From positions 29,703-93,702 of the forward strand of contig LCAH01000002.1 in the NCBI GenBank assembly GCA_000996355.1: a DNA stretch of 64,000 bases. The letters run 5' to 3'. Below, in pieces: positions 9,790 through 20,466 of this stretch (positions within the stretch are counted from its first letter, which is position 1; each line of letters opens with the position of its first letter). A model generated the notes under the pieces. That model was not told the origin of the DNA. It was given only the letters and a program-made list of their open reading frames with translations, and did no database searches. The position numbers and the translations under genes are program-made. Source of the DNA: Candidatus Uhrbacteria bacterium GW2011_GWC2_41_11. Its GTDB lineage: Bacteria > Patescibacteriota > Patescibacteriia > UBA9934 > GWF2-40-263.

Positions 9790-11112
9790 TTATTCTTCTA
9801 GACACGCGAGCAAATTTCCTCCAACCGGATTCCAACTTACATGCACATGAGGTCCTGATGTATTACCTGCTTGTTCAATTGGTTGACAGCTACAACTTTC
9901 GTTTTTTTCCGGATCCGTGCACATGGTTCCTGTCTTGTTGCACCAACCTCCTTTTGCGGTAGACCAGTCACCGGGTGGACTTTGACCTGCACAACAGTTC
10001 CCTCCAAGATGTCCGATAGTATCTCCTTTTTTTACAGATGTTCCTGATGTTATGTATGTCCCGGATGTATTTGTAAAATCTTTTGCATGACAGATGGTAA
10101 TTTCTGCCCCACTTCCTTTGAGGTAAATGCGGTTTCCACAGCGATTATTTGTGTCTTTTTGTTTTTGGTAGCTTACAATTCCATCAAATGGAGCCTTGAT
10201 TTCTTCTCCCCAAACAGCCGCATAATCAAGATTTTTTATATTTTGAAATTGCCAGTTTGCTCCACTGTCTTCCCAGTGATGTCTCCCGCAATTTGGTCCT
10301 TTGCCTGTCGGAGAACCAAATTTTTGACCCTGAGTCATGTTGCACGTGCCTTGAGATTGTGCTTGTTTTACAACATCCAAACATTGTTTTTTGAGATCTT
10401 TGAGAGAATTTGAGCTGACCCCGCTTCCTTCTTCTCCATCCGCATCTTTATCAAGTTCAACTTCCTGAACGTATTTAATTTTTAATGGTTGGAAAAATAC
10501 TAGAGCTGGATTGATGGTATAGAGAATAATAGTGACAAACATGAGGAGAACAAATCCCGTGACTGCATTGGTCAGTCGTTTTTTTGCTTCACCCACATTT
10601 CCACCGCCGGAACTTGTGACATATTGGACGCCGGCGACCATGATCAATATGACCGTCACAAGCATGGCTACTCCAATGAGAAATTTATATAAACCAGAAA
10701 TGTATTCTCCGATAAAATTAACCTCGAGGTATTGATTTTTCAAAGCAATTTTTGAAAAGGAGATGGTTGGAATATTAATGCCAAGAATCGGGGTGATAAA
10801 ATCAGTTTTTTTATCTTCTGTTGAAGTCGCGGTATCAGTTTTTGTTGAGAGGTTTGCCTGTATACATTGATTTGAAAATTCTTCTTCTTTCTCTGGATCA
10901 TTCGTAATATATTCGGAATTTGCGTAGTTTCGCACGAGTTGTTGAGAACAATTTGCGTCACATGTTGTTTCGTCGTTTGCAGTAAAAATTTCCGTGCAAG
11001 ATCCTTGCTTGTCATAACAAATACAACTGGTGGCTTTGGCAACAAAAGGGAGAGAAAAACTTCCCAAAAAAACAAGAATGAAAAAAGAAGAAAAAAAACG
11101 AATAATAGTCAT
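9790..11112 (-). CDS. Cys-rich VirB2/TrbC-like pilin fused to an M23 peptidase domain
   Basis: Signal peptide; two-TM pilin segment (GVQYVTSSGGGNVGEAKKRLTNAVTG...INPAL); LDYAA..IKAPFDG, KKGDTIG and GPHVH M23 motifs. Confidence 0.75.
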   Translation of the reverse strand: MTIIRFFSSFFILVFLGSFSLPFVAKATSCICYDKQGSCTEIFTANDETTCDANCSQQLVRNYANSEYITNDPEKEEEFSNQCIQANLSTKTDTATSTEDKKTDFITPILGINIPTISFSKIALKNQYLEVNFIGEYISGLYKFLIGVAMLVTVILIMVAGVQYVTSSGGGNVGEAKKRLTNAVTGFVLLMFVTIILYTINPALVFFQPLKIKYVQEVELDKDADGEEGSGVSSNSLKDLKKQCLDVVKQAQSQGTCNMTQGQKFGSPTGKGPNCGRHHWEDSGANWQFQNIKNLDYAAVWGEEIKAPFDGIVSYQKQKDTNNRCGNRIYLKGSGAEITICHAKDFTNTSGTYITSGTSVKKGDTIGHLGGNCCAGQSPPGDWSTAKGGWCNKTGTMCTDPEKNESCSCQPIEQAGNTSGPHVHVSWNPVGGNLLACLEE

Positions 11113-11114
11113 AT

Positions 11115-11777
11115 TTATTTTGTTTGAGCGGCAAGAATTTCTCTGACACGTCCGATCAATTCTTCAACGGTGATGAAACCGACCAGTCGTTCTTCTTTCA
11201 AAAAAATGGTTGGAGTTGCGGAAAGAGAAAGAGCTTTCGCTTCTTCAAAATCTTTTTTGACTAAAGGAAGCGTATCGCGATTATCATAGCAACTTTGAAA
11301 TCGGGATGAATCAAGACCGATGTCTTTTGCAATTTGAGGAAAAAGGGTTTCATTCAGAAGAACTTGTTGACCAAATAATTGATCGTGATATTCCCAAAAT
11401 TTTCCCTGTTCACCCGCACAATGGGCTGCAATGGCTGCAGGAGTAGATAAGGGATGAAGAGATTCGTTTGGAGCGTCTTTCCAAACCACTTGAACGTCCG
11501 GAATCGTTCGAAGAAGGACGTCAAGGGATTCTGCAACGTCTCGACAAGGCTCACATTGAAAATCTCCGAATTCAATAATGGTTAGTTTCGGGTCTGTGAG
11601 TGCGCCTTTTTTTGGATTCACAAACGTTACCGTTGGTGTGGAAACGGTTTCCATCGGTTCAGAGGATGTTATTTTCTTTTTTGGAGAGCGAATTGGTTGA
11701 ATGGAAATCCAAAAAAAGAAGAATACAATGCCTGTAACAAAGAAAATACTGAAAAGAGTAAGCCAACGGTGACGCAT
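11115..11777 (-). CDS. Membrane-anchored DsbA/BdbD-family thiol-disulfide oxidoreductase
   Basis: EFGDFQCEPC, AAHCAGEQGKFWEYHD, cis-Pro loop ATPT. Confidence 0.9.
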   Translation of the reverse strand: MRHRWLTLFSIFFVTGIVFFFFWISIQPIRSPKKKITSSEPMETVSTPTVTFVNPKKGALTDPKLTIIEFGDFQCEPCRDVAESLDVLLRTIPDVQVVWKDAPNESLHPLSTPAAIAAHCAGEQGKFWEYHDQLFGQQVLLNETLFPQIAKDIGLDSSRFQSCYDNRDTLPLVKKDFEEAKALSLSATPTIFLKEERLVGFITVEELIGRVREILAAQTK

Positions 11778-11788
11778 AATCGAGATTT

Positions 11789-13009
11789 TTATTTCAATTT
11801 GATCGTTTCTAATCGTCCAGAAGATACATTGGTATAAAATAAGGATGCTCCATCTTCGGAAACGCGAAGATTTTCCATAGTCGTATCATTTTCCGGACGA
11901 GCTGTGAGACTTGCACGACCGGTTGAGAGATCTATTTGATAGAGATCATCAGGAGTATTTGAGACCAAAGATCGTTGAAGTCCGGCATTTTCCGGAAGAT
12001 TGCGTGGAACACCGCAGTAGACTGTTGTGTTTGAACTAAACGTGCACTTATCTACCCACGTGGCAATTCCGAGATTTGTTCGATCGTCCCCAATACTGTT
12101 ACTGGAACCGTCAACGGTCCAAAGGGATGGACGGTAGGCATTGGATTCTCCGGAAACTGAATAGAGAAGCATGTCCCCCCGCGGACTCCAAAGAGGACTA
12201 AATCCAATTCCTTCCACAATGAGCCCTTTGAAGTTTTCCTGATTTTTTCCAATGGGGAGAATCATACTGCGACCAAAACCTGCTTGGACATCTCCTGTTT
12301 CCGAGAAAGCAATAACCTGTCGATTTGGAGAAGGACTGATCTGAACTTTGTCTGCATTTTCTCCAAGAGCTTGCACAGCTTGAACATTTGAACCATCTGC
12401 ATTTGAAATAACAAGTGCGCGATTTCCCGGATCTAATCCAATACTTTTGGCAAAAAGTTCTTCCGAGGTTGGAGCAAAGGAAAAATCTTCCCAATGGCGT
12501 GGAAGGGTTGTTTGTTTTTCTGAGGTAAAGTCATACACAACATTTGAACCATCCGGAAATTCAATGGCTGCTTTTTCGCCATTTCGATTCCAAGAAACAG
12601 CTTGTGCGTCTGGAAATTGGTGATCAGAAAGTCGTTTGACGGTTCCGTCCTGGGTAATGGTATAAAATCGACTATCAGCAGGATCGTAATATTGGACATC
12701 TTTTCCATTGCCTGAAAGTGTTGTTGCCTGAACAGCTGAAGTTGTCAGAGTTGTTGTTTTCGTGACTCCTCCTTTGGCCACTTCACTCGCTTTTGGGAGT
12801 AATGTTGGTTCGGTGGAAGTGGTTGTTGGACGAACACCTTCGCCTGCTGTTGGTAACCCTGTGCCAGTTATGTCTACAGCAGGTTGTTCCTCAACGGTTG
12901 CTGCAGGTGGTGGCGAGGCAAAAAAGAATCGATAGAGTAAAAAACCGATTCCGAAAACCGATCCAATAAAGAGAACAACGGCACCTATTTTTTTTATGCG
13001 TTCTGACAT
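11789..13009 (-). CDS. Membrane-anchored beta-propeller protein
   Basis: N-terminal TM, Pro/Thr linker, WNRNG/SPNR/WSPRG blade motifs. Confidence 0.7.
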   Translation of the reverse strand: MSERIKKIGAVVLFIGSVFGIGFLLYRFFFASPPPAATVEEQPAVDITGTGLPTAGEGVRPTTTSTEPTLLPKASEVAKGGVTKTTTLTTSAVQATTLSGNGKDVQYYDPADSRFYTITQDGTVKRLSDHQFPDAQAVSWNRNGEKAAIEFPDGSNVVYDFTSEKQTTLPRHWEDFSFAPTSEELFAKSIGLDPGNRALVISNADGSNVQAVQALGENADKVQISPSPNRQVIAFSETGDVQAGFGRSMILPIGKNQENFKGLIVEGIGFSPLWSPRGDMLLYSVSGESNAYRPSLWTVDGSSNSIGDDRTNLGIATWVDKCTFSSNTTVYCGVPRNLPENAGLQRSLVSNTPDDLYQIDLSTGRASLTARPENDTTMENLRVSEDGASLFYTNVSSGRLETIKLK

Positions 13010-13012
13010 AGA

Positions 13013-13822
13013 TTAGAGTCCGATATAATTGGCAATAACACCAGAGACTGCACTGCGAAATGCGGAATTCGTGACAAAAAGTAATGGAGCTGCATACGGA
13101 AGGATAACCATCATGAAAACGGCTAAAAAGATGACAACACCAAGAATAAAAACGATAAAATCAAGAACAAGAATTCCAAGATGCAGGATGGTGATGGGAA
13201 TCATTTTTGTGGAAATAGGGAGCGGATCCCAACTATCAAGCGGTTCGATTAAATAATTGAGAGCAGAACCTGTTTTTTTTCCTTCTTTATAATACCAGAA
13301 CATCTCCACATTGAGATACCCAAGGGAAAAGAGATAGACAAAACCAGTTGCAATAATAGCCAGACCACCGGTTCCTGCTGTAATGGCAGTTGCAATCAGA
13401 TTGGCAAGGTAATTAATCCCTCGTTTTATGGCTGTTCTTGCAGCTTTTTTTGTTGCACCTTGGATGGAATTTTCTCCTGTGGCTGCTTGTTGTCTTCGTC
13501 TTGCTGCGAGTATTTCAGATTGGAAACGAGCATAACGATCTTGCTCCGGAGCTAGTTGTGTTTCAGATTCTTCTGGAGAAAGATCATTATTTGTTGATTT
13601 TCTGGCAGCTGTTTGTGATAGTTCAGGTCTTCTGTTTTGGATATCATGCATTTGATTTTGCCGAAATCGAGTGGCACGGTCGTATTCTTGATTATTGAAT
13701 GCGGGAGGAATATTTTTGCCTGATCTCGGAATGCTTCCGGCAACAGAAAAACGGCCCCCGCCTGGGGCAGATGACCGTTTTTCATTTAGTGATGATACGG
13801 ATCCGGATGCCATGGCTGACAT
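13013..13822 (-). CDS. Hypothetical membrane protein
   Basis: Hydrophilic N-half and 2-3 C-terminal hydrophobic segments; tightly packed in the operon. Confidence 0.7.
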   Translation of the reverse strand: MSAMASGSVSSLNEKRSSAPGGGRFSVAGSIPRSGKNIPPAFNNQEYDRATRFRQNQMHDIQNRRPELSQTAARKSTNNDLSPEESETQLAPEQDRYARFQSEILAARRRQQAATGENSIQGATKKAARTAIKRGINYLANLIATAITAGTGGLAIIATGFVYLFSLGYLNVEMFWYYKEGKKTGSALNYLIEPLDSWDPLPISTKMIPITILHLGILVLDFIVFILGVVIFLAVFMMVILPYAAPLLFVTNSAFRSAVSGVIANYIGL

Positions 13823-13863
13823 ATATACCGAATAGTATCATTTTTTTTCTTTTTTGGGGATTT

Positions 13864-16401
13864 TTACGAGCGATTTTTTTTTGCTTGTTTTTTGATTTCA
13901 AAATGTTCTCCATTCCAGCCAAGACAGACTATTTTTTCTTCCGGGGAGGTGAGAAGATGATCGGCAAGAAGGGATTCTATTTCGGTTTGGATAAGGCGAC
14001 GGACTTCACGTGCACGCAGTTTGCTTTTTTGTGCTTCGGAAGCAATGTGTTCTGTGACAGACAAAGACCAGGACAAAATAGATCCTTGTTCGTGCAGACG
14101 TTTTGCCAGTTCTTCTAATTGTTTTTCCGTTATTTTTTGTAAGTGTTCCTCGGTTAATCGTTCAAAAATACAGACATGATCAATACGATTGATGAGTTCT
14201 GGTCGAAAGCGTTCTTCAAGAGCTTTCCGTATTTCTTCTTGTTTTCCAGTTATTCCTTCTTTCTCGTCAAAGGCGAATCCCAAATGTCCTCCTTCCATTT
14301 GATCAGATCCGACATTTGATGTGAGAATGACAATCGCGTGTCGGAAACTGACTGGACGTCCTGTTGCATCAGCAATTTCTCCATTTTCTAAAATTTGAAG
14401 AAGCAGATTTTGAACATCTGTGTGTGCTTTTTCAAATTCATCAAAGAGAATAACGGCATAGGGTCGTTGTTTTATTTGGTCTGTAAGTTTGGCTGGTTCA
14501 CGATATCCAACATATCCGGCTGGAGATCCAAGAAGTTTTGAAACCGCATATCCTTCCGCAAATTCTGACATGTCCAGACGGATGAGCGCGCGAGGATTTT
14601 GGAAAACGGTTTCTGCAACCGTACGCGCGAGTTCGGTTTTTCCCACTCCGGATGGACCGAGAAAGAGAAAAGAGGCAAGCGGGCGGCTTGATTGATTGAT
14701 GCCTGCGTGCGCTCGCCGAATGGATTCAGCAACACGTCGAACAGCCATATCTTGTCCGATTACCTGTTTTTGAATGAAGGATTCAAGAGAAAGCAAACGT
14801 TCGCGTTCATGATGGGATAATTCTGAAAGAGGAATATGGGTAAGACGGGAAACAATTTCAATGATCTGTTGTTCGTCAACTGTTAAAAGTTCGGAAGGAG
14901 GAGATGCCTGTTCCCATTGTTTACATGTTTCCTGAAGATGTTGTTCTTGTTTTTTGAGAGAGAGAGCTTGGGTAAAATTTTCTGTCCGGACCGCCTCGCG
15001 TTTTTGTTCACGGATGCGTTCCAGTTCTCGATGGGCAGCACGCATACGGTCATTTTGAGACGGATGCTGAGTACGGACACGGACCGATGCGGCAGCTTCG
15101 TCAATAAGATCAATAGCCTTGTCTGGAAAGCGTTTGTCTGAAAGATAGCGTCCGGAAAGTCGAACAGCTGCTTGAAGGGCTGTGTCTGTAAATTGAACCT
15201 GATGAAAAGATGTATAAGATGGTGCAATTCCTTGGAGAATATGAAGGGTATCTTCTGCAGATGGTTCTTCGATCACAACGGTCTGGAAACGACGTTCGAG
15301 TGCGGCGTCTGTTTCCATGTGTTTTTTAAACTCTGCGTGGGTCGTTGCTCCAATGCATCGAAGTTCACCTCGTGCCAGAGCCGGTTTTAACATGTTTGCC
15401 GCATCCAAAGAACCTGAAGCAGAGCCAGCGCCCACAATCATGTGAATCTCATCAATGAAGAGAATGATTTCTTCATTTGTTTTTGCTTCTTCAATAATCT
15501 GACGCAGTCGGGCTTCAAATTCTCCACGATACATCGTTCCCGCAATCGCCATAGCAAGATCAAGAGCAATGATTCGTTTCCCTTGAAGAGCCGCAGGAAC
15601 GGTTCCTTCGGCAATTTTTTTTGCCAATCCTTCCACAATTGCGCTTTTTCCAACACCAGGTTCACCCAAGAGAAGGGGATTATTTTTTGTACGTCGACAC
15701 AGAATTTCCATGACCCGTTGAACTTCTTTTTCTCGTCCAATAAGAGGATCAATGCGAGCCTGCATGTTTTGAGAGGTGAGATCACGTCCAAAAAAATCCA
15801 GAGCCGGTGTTTTTCGTTCTGGTTCTTCAGGTTCAGACTCCTCGGGTTCTTCATTGAAAAATGCGGTTTCTGATCCTGTTTTTTCTTTTGGGACTTCATG
15901 AATCATACCGGCAAGTTCAGGAAATTTTGATGCGGTTTTCAAAACCAAAGAAAGGTGCTGACGTAATTCAGGAATGACAATTTTTTCCGCATGGAAGAAT
16001 TGTTCGATTTTTGGATCGTGAATATGAATGAGACCTGAAAGAAGATGTTCGGTTCCCACATAGGTATGTTCGTGCACACTGGCAGCAAGAACAGCTTTTT
16101 CAATGGCACGTTTTGCATTGACAGAAAGTTGCGGAACATCATTTGGATGTTTTTCTTTTGTGATTTTTTTTGATGAACGCATTTTTGGAATCGAAAAATT
16201 TGCCAGTGTACGCAAATGAGATTGTTTGATCTGAGTTTTTCGGAGAACTTCTGCCGCAATAGATCCTTTTTCTGTTCCAAGTGCCCAGAGCAAATGTTCT
16301 GGTTCGACTTGTGCTTTCTGTTGTTCAACCGCAAGACACAACGCACGTGTGAGAGTGTTTTTCAAATGAGTGGTAAATTTTTCGACAATATGTTGATCCA
16401 T
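13864..16401 (-). CDS. clpC: ATP-dependent Clp protease ATPase subunit ClpC
   Basis: Clp N repeats, two AAA modules ([16 protein letters not shown]), UVR-like middle domain. Confidence 0.92.
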   Translation of the reverse strand: MDQHIVEKFTTHLKNTLTRALCLAVEQQKAQVEPEHLLWALGTEKGSIAAEVLRKTQIKQSHLRTLANFSIPKMRSSKKITKEKHPNDVPQLSVNAKRAIEKAVLAASVHEHTYVGTEHLLSGLIHIHDPKIEQFFHAEKIVIPELRQHLSLVLKTASKFPELAGMIHEVPKEKTGSETAFFNEEPEESEPEEPERKTPALDFFGRDLTSQNMQARIDPLIGREKEVQRVMEILCRRTKNNPLLLGEPGVGKSAIVEGLAKKIAEGTVPAALQGKRIIALDLAMAIAGTMYRGEFEARLRQIIEEAKTNEEIILFIDEIHMIVGAGSASGSLDAANMLKPALARGELRCIGATTHAEFKKHMETDAALERRFQTVVIEEPSAEDTLHILQGIAPSYTSFHQVQFTDTALQAAVRLSGRYLSDKRFPDKAIDLIDEAAASVRVRTQHPSQNDRMRAAHRELERIREQKREAVRTENFTQALSLKKQEQHLQETCKQWEQASPPSELLTVDEQQIIEIVSRLTHIPLSELSHHERERLLSLESFIQKQVIGQDMAVRRVAESIRRAHAGINQSSRPLASFLFLGPSGVGKTELARTVAETVFQNPRALIRLDMSEFAEGYAVSKLLGSPAGYVGYREPAKLTDQIKQRPYAVILFDEFEKAHTDVQNLLLQILENGEIADATGRPVSFRHAIVILTSNVGSDQMEGGHLGFAFDEKEGITGKQEEIRKALEERFRPELINRIDHVCIFERLTEEHLQKITEKQLEELAKRLHEQGSILSWSLSVTEHIASEAQKSKLRAREVRRLIQTEIESLLADHLLTSPEEKIVCLGWNGEHFEIKKQAKKNRS

Positions 16402-16407
16402 AGATAA

Positions 16408-17301
16408 TTAACGTCCCATGTTACGTAAACGAGCAATACGTTCCTCAATAGGTGGGTGTGTGCTGAAGAATTGTTCAAATTTTTTTGTCACATGCGGGTC
16501 AAACGGATTAGCAAGAAAGAGATGAGCGGTGGCGTGATTCGCGTGGGCGAGCGGTCGATCATATGTGGCAATTTTTTCCAAGGCGTTTGCAAGACCATCC
16601 GGATAACGCGTGAGAAGAGCTCCAGAAGCATCCGCAAGATATTCGCGTCGTCGACTGACTGCGAGTTTGATGAGTTCAGCAAACAAAGGAGAGAGAACCG
16701 CAAGAGCAAGACCAACGATAAAAAGAATGAGAGTGAATTGATTAGATCCTTCTTCAGAGTCTCGTCTGCGAAAGAATGTCATGCGTAAAAACCAATCAGA
16801 AAAAAGTACAACCACACCCACAAGAACAACCACAATGGTCATGAGGCGAACATCGTAATTTTTTACATGGGAAAGTTCATGGGCAATCACTCCTTCTAAT
16901 TCTGTTGGTTCCATGATTTCGAGCAGGCCAGTTGTGACCGCAAGAGAGGCGTGGGCAGGATCACGGCCTGTGGCAAAGGCGTTTGGAGACGGATCTGACA
17001 TGACATAAATTTTTGGGGTGGCGAGTCCTCCAGCAATCGCAAGATTTTCAACGGTTCGATAGAGTACAGGATTGTCTCGTTGTTCGATGGGTTGGGCACC
17101 TGAAACCGCAAGCGCAACCGCGTCTCCTTTGTAATATCCGATGAGAGTCATGACGACAGAGACAAACAACGCAATGATCATTCCTTCGATGGGGTAATCC
17201 ACTTGTGCGCCAAAGGCGAATCCAATAAGAACAATGAGGACGGAAAAAAGTCCAATTAAAATAACGGTATGGCGTTTGTTCGCGGCAATTTCGGAATACA
17301 T
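16408..17301 (-). CDS. htpX: Membrane zinc protease HtpX (M48)
   Basis: PNAFATGR, HELSH (HExxH), REYLAD, STHPP. Confidence 0.93.
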   Translation of the reverse strand: MYSEIAANKRHTVILIGLFSVLIVLIGFAFGAQVDYPIEGMIIALFVSVVMTLIGYYKGDAVALAVSGAQPIEQRDNPVLYRTVENLAIAGGLATPKIYVMSDPSPNAFATGRDPAHASLAVTTGLLEIMEPTELEGVIAHELSHVKNYDVRLMTIVVVLVGVVVLFSDWFLRMTFFRRRDSEEGSNQFTLILFIVGLALAVLSPLFAELIKLAVSRRREYLADASGALLTRYPDGLANALEKIATYDRPLAHANHATAHLFLANPFDPHVTKKFEQFFSTHPPIEERIARLRNMGR

Positions 17302-17302
17302 G

Positions 17303-17854
17303 TTAGAAGCTTACTTTTGGAGGCTCGGCAGCGATATCAGGTGCATCGTAGAATTCTCGTTTCGAGAATCCGAATGTGCCAGCCATTAAATTTGTTGGAA
17401 ATACCTGGAGTTTTATGTTGAAGTCGCGGACATTTCCATTGTAAAAGCGGCGAGCAGCTTGAATTTTATCTTCCGCATCAGTGAGATTGTGTTGAAGATC
17501 GAGGAAATTTTGCCCAGCTTGAAGTTGTGGATATGCTTCAGCGACGGCAAAAAGAGATTTTAAGGTTGAAGAGAGAACATTTTCTGTTTCTGCATGCTCA
17601 GCTGGGGTTTTAGCAGACATGGCTGCATTTCGAGCTTCTGTTACCTTTGTAAACACCCCTTCTTCATGTTTGGCATACCCACGAACAGTTTCCACCAGAT
17701 TTGGAATAAGATCATACCTACGTTTTAGCTGAACCTCAATATCAGACCACGCTTCTTCTACATGGTTATGAGATTGAACGAGAGAATTGTATGTGAGGAT
17801 AAACCATCCAATCACCGCGAGAATAGCAAGAAGGATAATGAAGAGAAAAGGCAT
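17303..17854 (-). CDS. lemA: LemA family protein
   Basis: TM then YN..AWSDIEVQLKRRYDLIPNLVE, EAYPQL, ARRFYN. Confidence 0.95.
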   Translation of the reverse strand: MPFLFIILLAILAVIGWFILTYNSLVQSHNHVEEAWSDIEVQLKRRYDLIPNLVETVRGYAKHEEGVFTKVTEARNAAMSAKTPAEHAETENVLSSTLKSLFAVAEAYPQLQAGQNFLDLQHNLTDAEDKIQAARRFYNGNVRDFNIKLQVFPTNLMAGTFGFSKREFYDAPDIAAEPPKVSF

Positions 17855-17902
17855 AAAAAAGAAGAGAATAAGTAGAATTTGAAAAGAAAATACGATATAG
17901 TT

Positions 17903-17930
17903 ACCTTATCATTTTTCTTCTAAATGTCAA
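17903..17930 (-). promoter_or_regulatory. Sigma70-type promoter of the lemA operon
   Basis: TTGACA-16-(TG)TAAGGT. Confidence 0.55.
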
Positions 17931-17937
17931 CGATTTT

Positions 17938-19305
17938 ATGCAAATTCCTCGACATATTTTTAAAGCCTATGATGTGCGTGGTTTAATTGATTCAGAAATT
18001 ACTCCTCTTTTAGCAGAATCCATTGGTCGTGCCTTTGCTGTTTTGTTGCGACGAGAAAGTCCAGGAAAGGAACTCACATTCGCTGTGGGGCGTGACATGC
18101 GTCCGAATTCTTTGGAGCTTCAATCCTCGATCATAAAAGGAATAAGAGAAAGCGGTGTGCATGTTTTGGATATCGGACTTGTTTCAACACCAGCGTTTTA
18201 TTTTTCGGTTGGATATCTGAAAGCAGATGGAGGAGTTATGATCTCCGCTTCTCATAATTCTACTGTATATAATGGATTTAAATTTGTTCGGGCTCATGCT
18301 ATTCCTGTGAGTGGGGATACAGGAATTCAAGATATTGCAAATATTGTAGAGCAGGAAGCATTTGTTTTTGCAGAACAACAGGGAAGGATAAAAACGATTT
18401 TGGAAATCCCCGAACGTGCAGCAGAGGCAGAAATAGATTTTGCGGGTCAAGATTCGATTCGTTCACTTAAAATCGTTGCAGACAGTGCGAATGGAATGGG
18501 TGCTCAATATTTGGATGAATTATTTAAACGAATTCCGTGCGACCCAATACGTCTCTTTTGGAATTTTGATGGAATGTTTCCAAACCACGAACCAAATCCG
18601 TTAAAAGAAGAGAATGTAAAACAGTTGAAAGCAGCTGTTTGTGACAGACAGGCTGACATAGGAATTGCAACAGATGGAGATGGGGATCGTATTTTTTTTG
18701 TTGATGATCAAGGACAAGTGGTTGAACCAGCAATCTTGCGCGGATTGCTTGCACAAATCATGTTGCGTCGTTTTCCAGGAGCCACCGTTTGTTATGATGT
18801 GCGACCAGGAAAAGTGACGGAAGATATGATTTTGGAAGCAGGCGGACGTCCACTTGTGACACGTGTTGGTCATTCATTTATGAAGGAACAGATGCGTAAA
18901 GTTGATGCCGTATTTGGCGGAGAATCGTCCGGACATTTTTTTTATCGATTTCCAATAGGTGTGTTTGAAGGACCGCTTACGGTCACTGTTCATCTTTTGC
19001 AAGAGATGACAAAACAAAGAAAAACATTATCTGAACTCGTTGCTCCGTATAAGAAGTACGCACATTCTGGAGAATTAAATTTTCGCGTATCAGATAAAGA
19101 GATAGTTTTGCAACAATTGAAAGAACACTTTGCAGATGGAGTAATTTCTGAATTAGATGGAGTGACGGTGACGTATCCAAATTTTTGGTTCAATGTTCGA
19201 GCCTCGAATACAGAATCACTTGTGCGTTTAAATGTAGAAGCACTGAATCCAGAGGTGATGGAAGAGAAAAAAAAGGAAGTGGTGGAAATTCTTGAGCGTT
19301 CCTGA
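17938..19305 (+). CDS. Phosphomannomutase/phosphoglucomutase
   Basis: FKAYDVRG, SASHN phosphoserine loop, DGDGDR, GESSGH. Confidence 0.93.
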   Translation: MQIPRHIFKAYDVRGLIDSEITPLLAESIGRAFAVLLRRESPGKELTFAVGRDMRPNSLELQSSIIKGIRESGVHVLDIGLVSTPAFYFSVGYLKADGGVMISASHNSTVYNGFKFVRAHAIPVSGDTGIQDIANIVEQEAFVFAEQQGRIKTILEIPERAAEAEIDFAGQDSIRSLKIVADSANGMGAQYLDELFKRIPCDPIRLFWNFDGMFPNHEPNPLKEENVKQLKAAVCDRQADIGIATDGDGDRIFFVDDQGQVVEPAILRGLLAQIMLRRFPGATVCYDVRPGKVTEDMILEAGGRPLVTRVGHSFMKEQMRKVDAVFGGESSGHFFYRFPIGVFEGPLTVTVHLLQEMTKQRKTLSELVAPYKKYAHSGELNFRVSDKEIVLQQLKEHFADGVISELDGVTVTYPNFWFNVRASNTESLVRLNVEALNPEVMEEKKKEVVEILERS

Positions 19306-19320
19306 TACTATGCCCGACGT

Positions 19321-20436
19321 ATGATTGGTACTCTTTTGTTATTTCTTCTCGTTCTTTCTTTGCTTGTTTTTGCCCATGAATTTGGTCATTTTATAACCGC
19401 AAAAAAAATGGGAATGAAGGTCGAAGAATTTGGATTTGGGTTTCCTCCGCGGCTTTGGGGCGTTCGCAAAGGAGAGACTATATATTCTATAAATTGGATT
19501 CCTCTTGGAGGATTTGTAAAAATTAAAGGAGAGTCTGGAGAGCAAAAAAATGATTCAGACAGTTTTGCAAGCAAACCAGCATGGCGCCGTTTTTTGGTTT
19601 TAATTGCAGGAGTTGCCATGAATATGATTCTGGCAGCTATTCTTCTTTCGTTTGGATTTATGGCTGGCCTTCCGACTGTTGTTGATAGCTCATTATCTTC
19701 TCAAGCTCGATTAAGTGATGAAAATATTCGAATCATGTCTGTGCTTTCAGAGAGTCCGGGAGAAAAAGCAGGTTTAGAAGGAGGAGATGTTCTTCTTTCT
19801 ATCAATGATTCTGTTTTCTCTTCTGCAGATGGAGCAAGACAATATATACAAGAACATGCAGATCAAGAATTACGTTTTGTCATTAAACGTGAAGAAACAT
19901 ATTTGACCATTCCTGTGACTGCAGGGCCATTGCCTGGAATGACAGCTGTTGGGGTTGGAGTCGGTCTTGTAAAGACAGCGCTTGTTTCCTATCCATGGTA
20001 TTTGGCCATTCCACATGGGGTTGCTGCAGCAGGAATATTTGTTTGGGAAGTTCTTCGAGCATTTTGGAATTTGCTTGCAAGCCTTGTTGTGCACCAGGAA
20101 GTAGCTGTTGATTTGTCTGGACCTGTTGGAATCGCGGTTATGACTGGTCAAGCTGCTGCAATGGGGTTTGTTTATCTTTTACAATTTACCGCCATTCTTT
20201 CTATTAATTTGGCTGTTGTGAATCTGCTTCCGTTTCCTGCCCTTGATGGAGGACGAGTCTTCTTTCTCCTCATTGAAAAAATACGCCGTCGAGCTGTAGA
20301 CGAACGGATTGAAGCGTTGGTACATAACCTTGGATTTGTTGTCTTGATGGGATTGGTACTTTTGGTGACTTTCCGTGATCTTGCACGATTCGGTGGACAG
20401 ATTTTGAATGTGGTAAAACAGTTGGTCGGAGCATAA
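19321..20436 (+). CDS. rseP: RIP metalloprotease RseP (M50 with PDZ)
   Basis: HEFGH, PLGGFVKI, NLLPFPALDGG. Confidence 0.93.
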   Translation: MIGTLLLFLLVLSLLVFAHEFGHFITAKKMGMKVEEFGFGFPPRLWGVRKGETIYSINWIPLGGFVKIKGESGEQKNDSDSFASKPAWRRFLVLIAGVAMNMILAAILLSFGFMAGLPTVVDSSLSSQARLSDENIRIMSVLSESPGEKAGLEGGDVLLSINDSVFSSADGARQYIQEHADQELRFVIKREETYLTIPVTAGPLPGMTAVGVGVGLVKTALVSYPWYLAIPHGVAAAGIFVWEVLRAFWNLLASLVVHQEVAVDLSGPVGIAVMTGQAAAMGFVYLLQFTAILSINLAVVNLLPFPALDGGRVFFLLIEKIRRRAVDERIEALVHNLGFVVLMGLVLLVTFRDLARFGGQILNVVKQLVGA

Positions 20437-20466
20437 AATTTTTAGGATTTTCTCATTTTGAATTGT

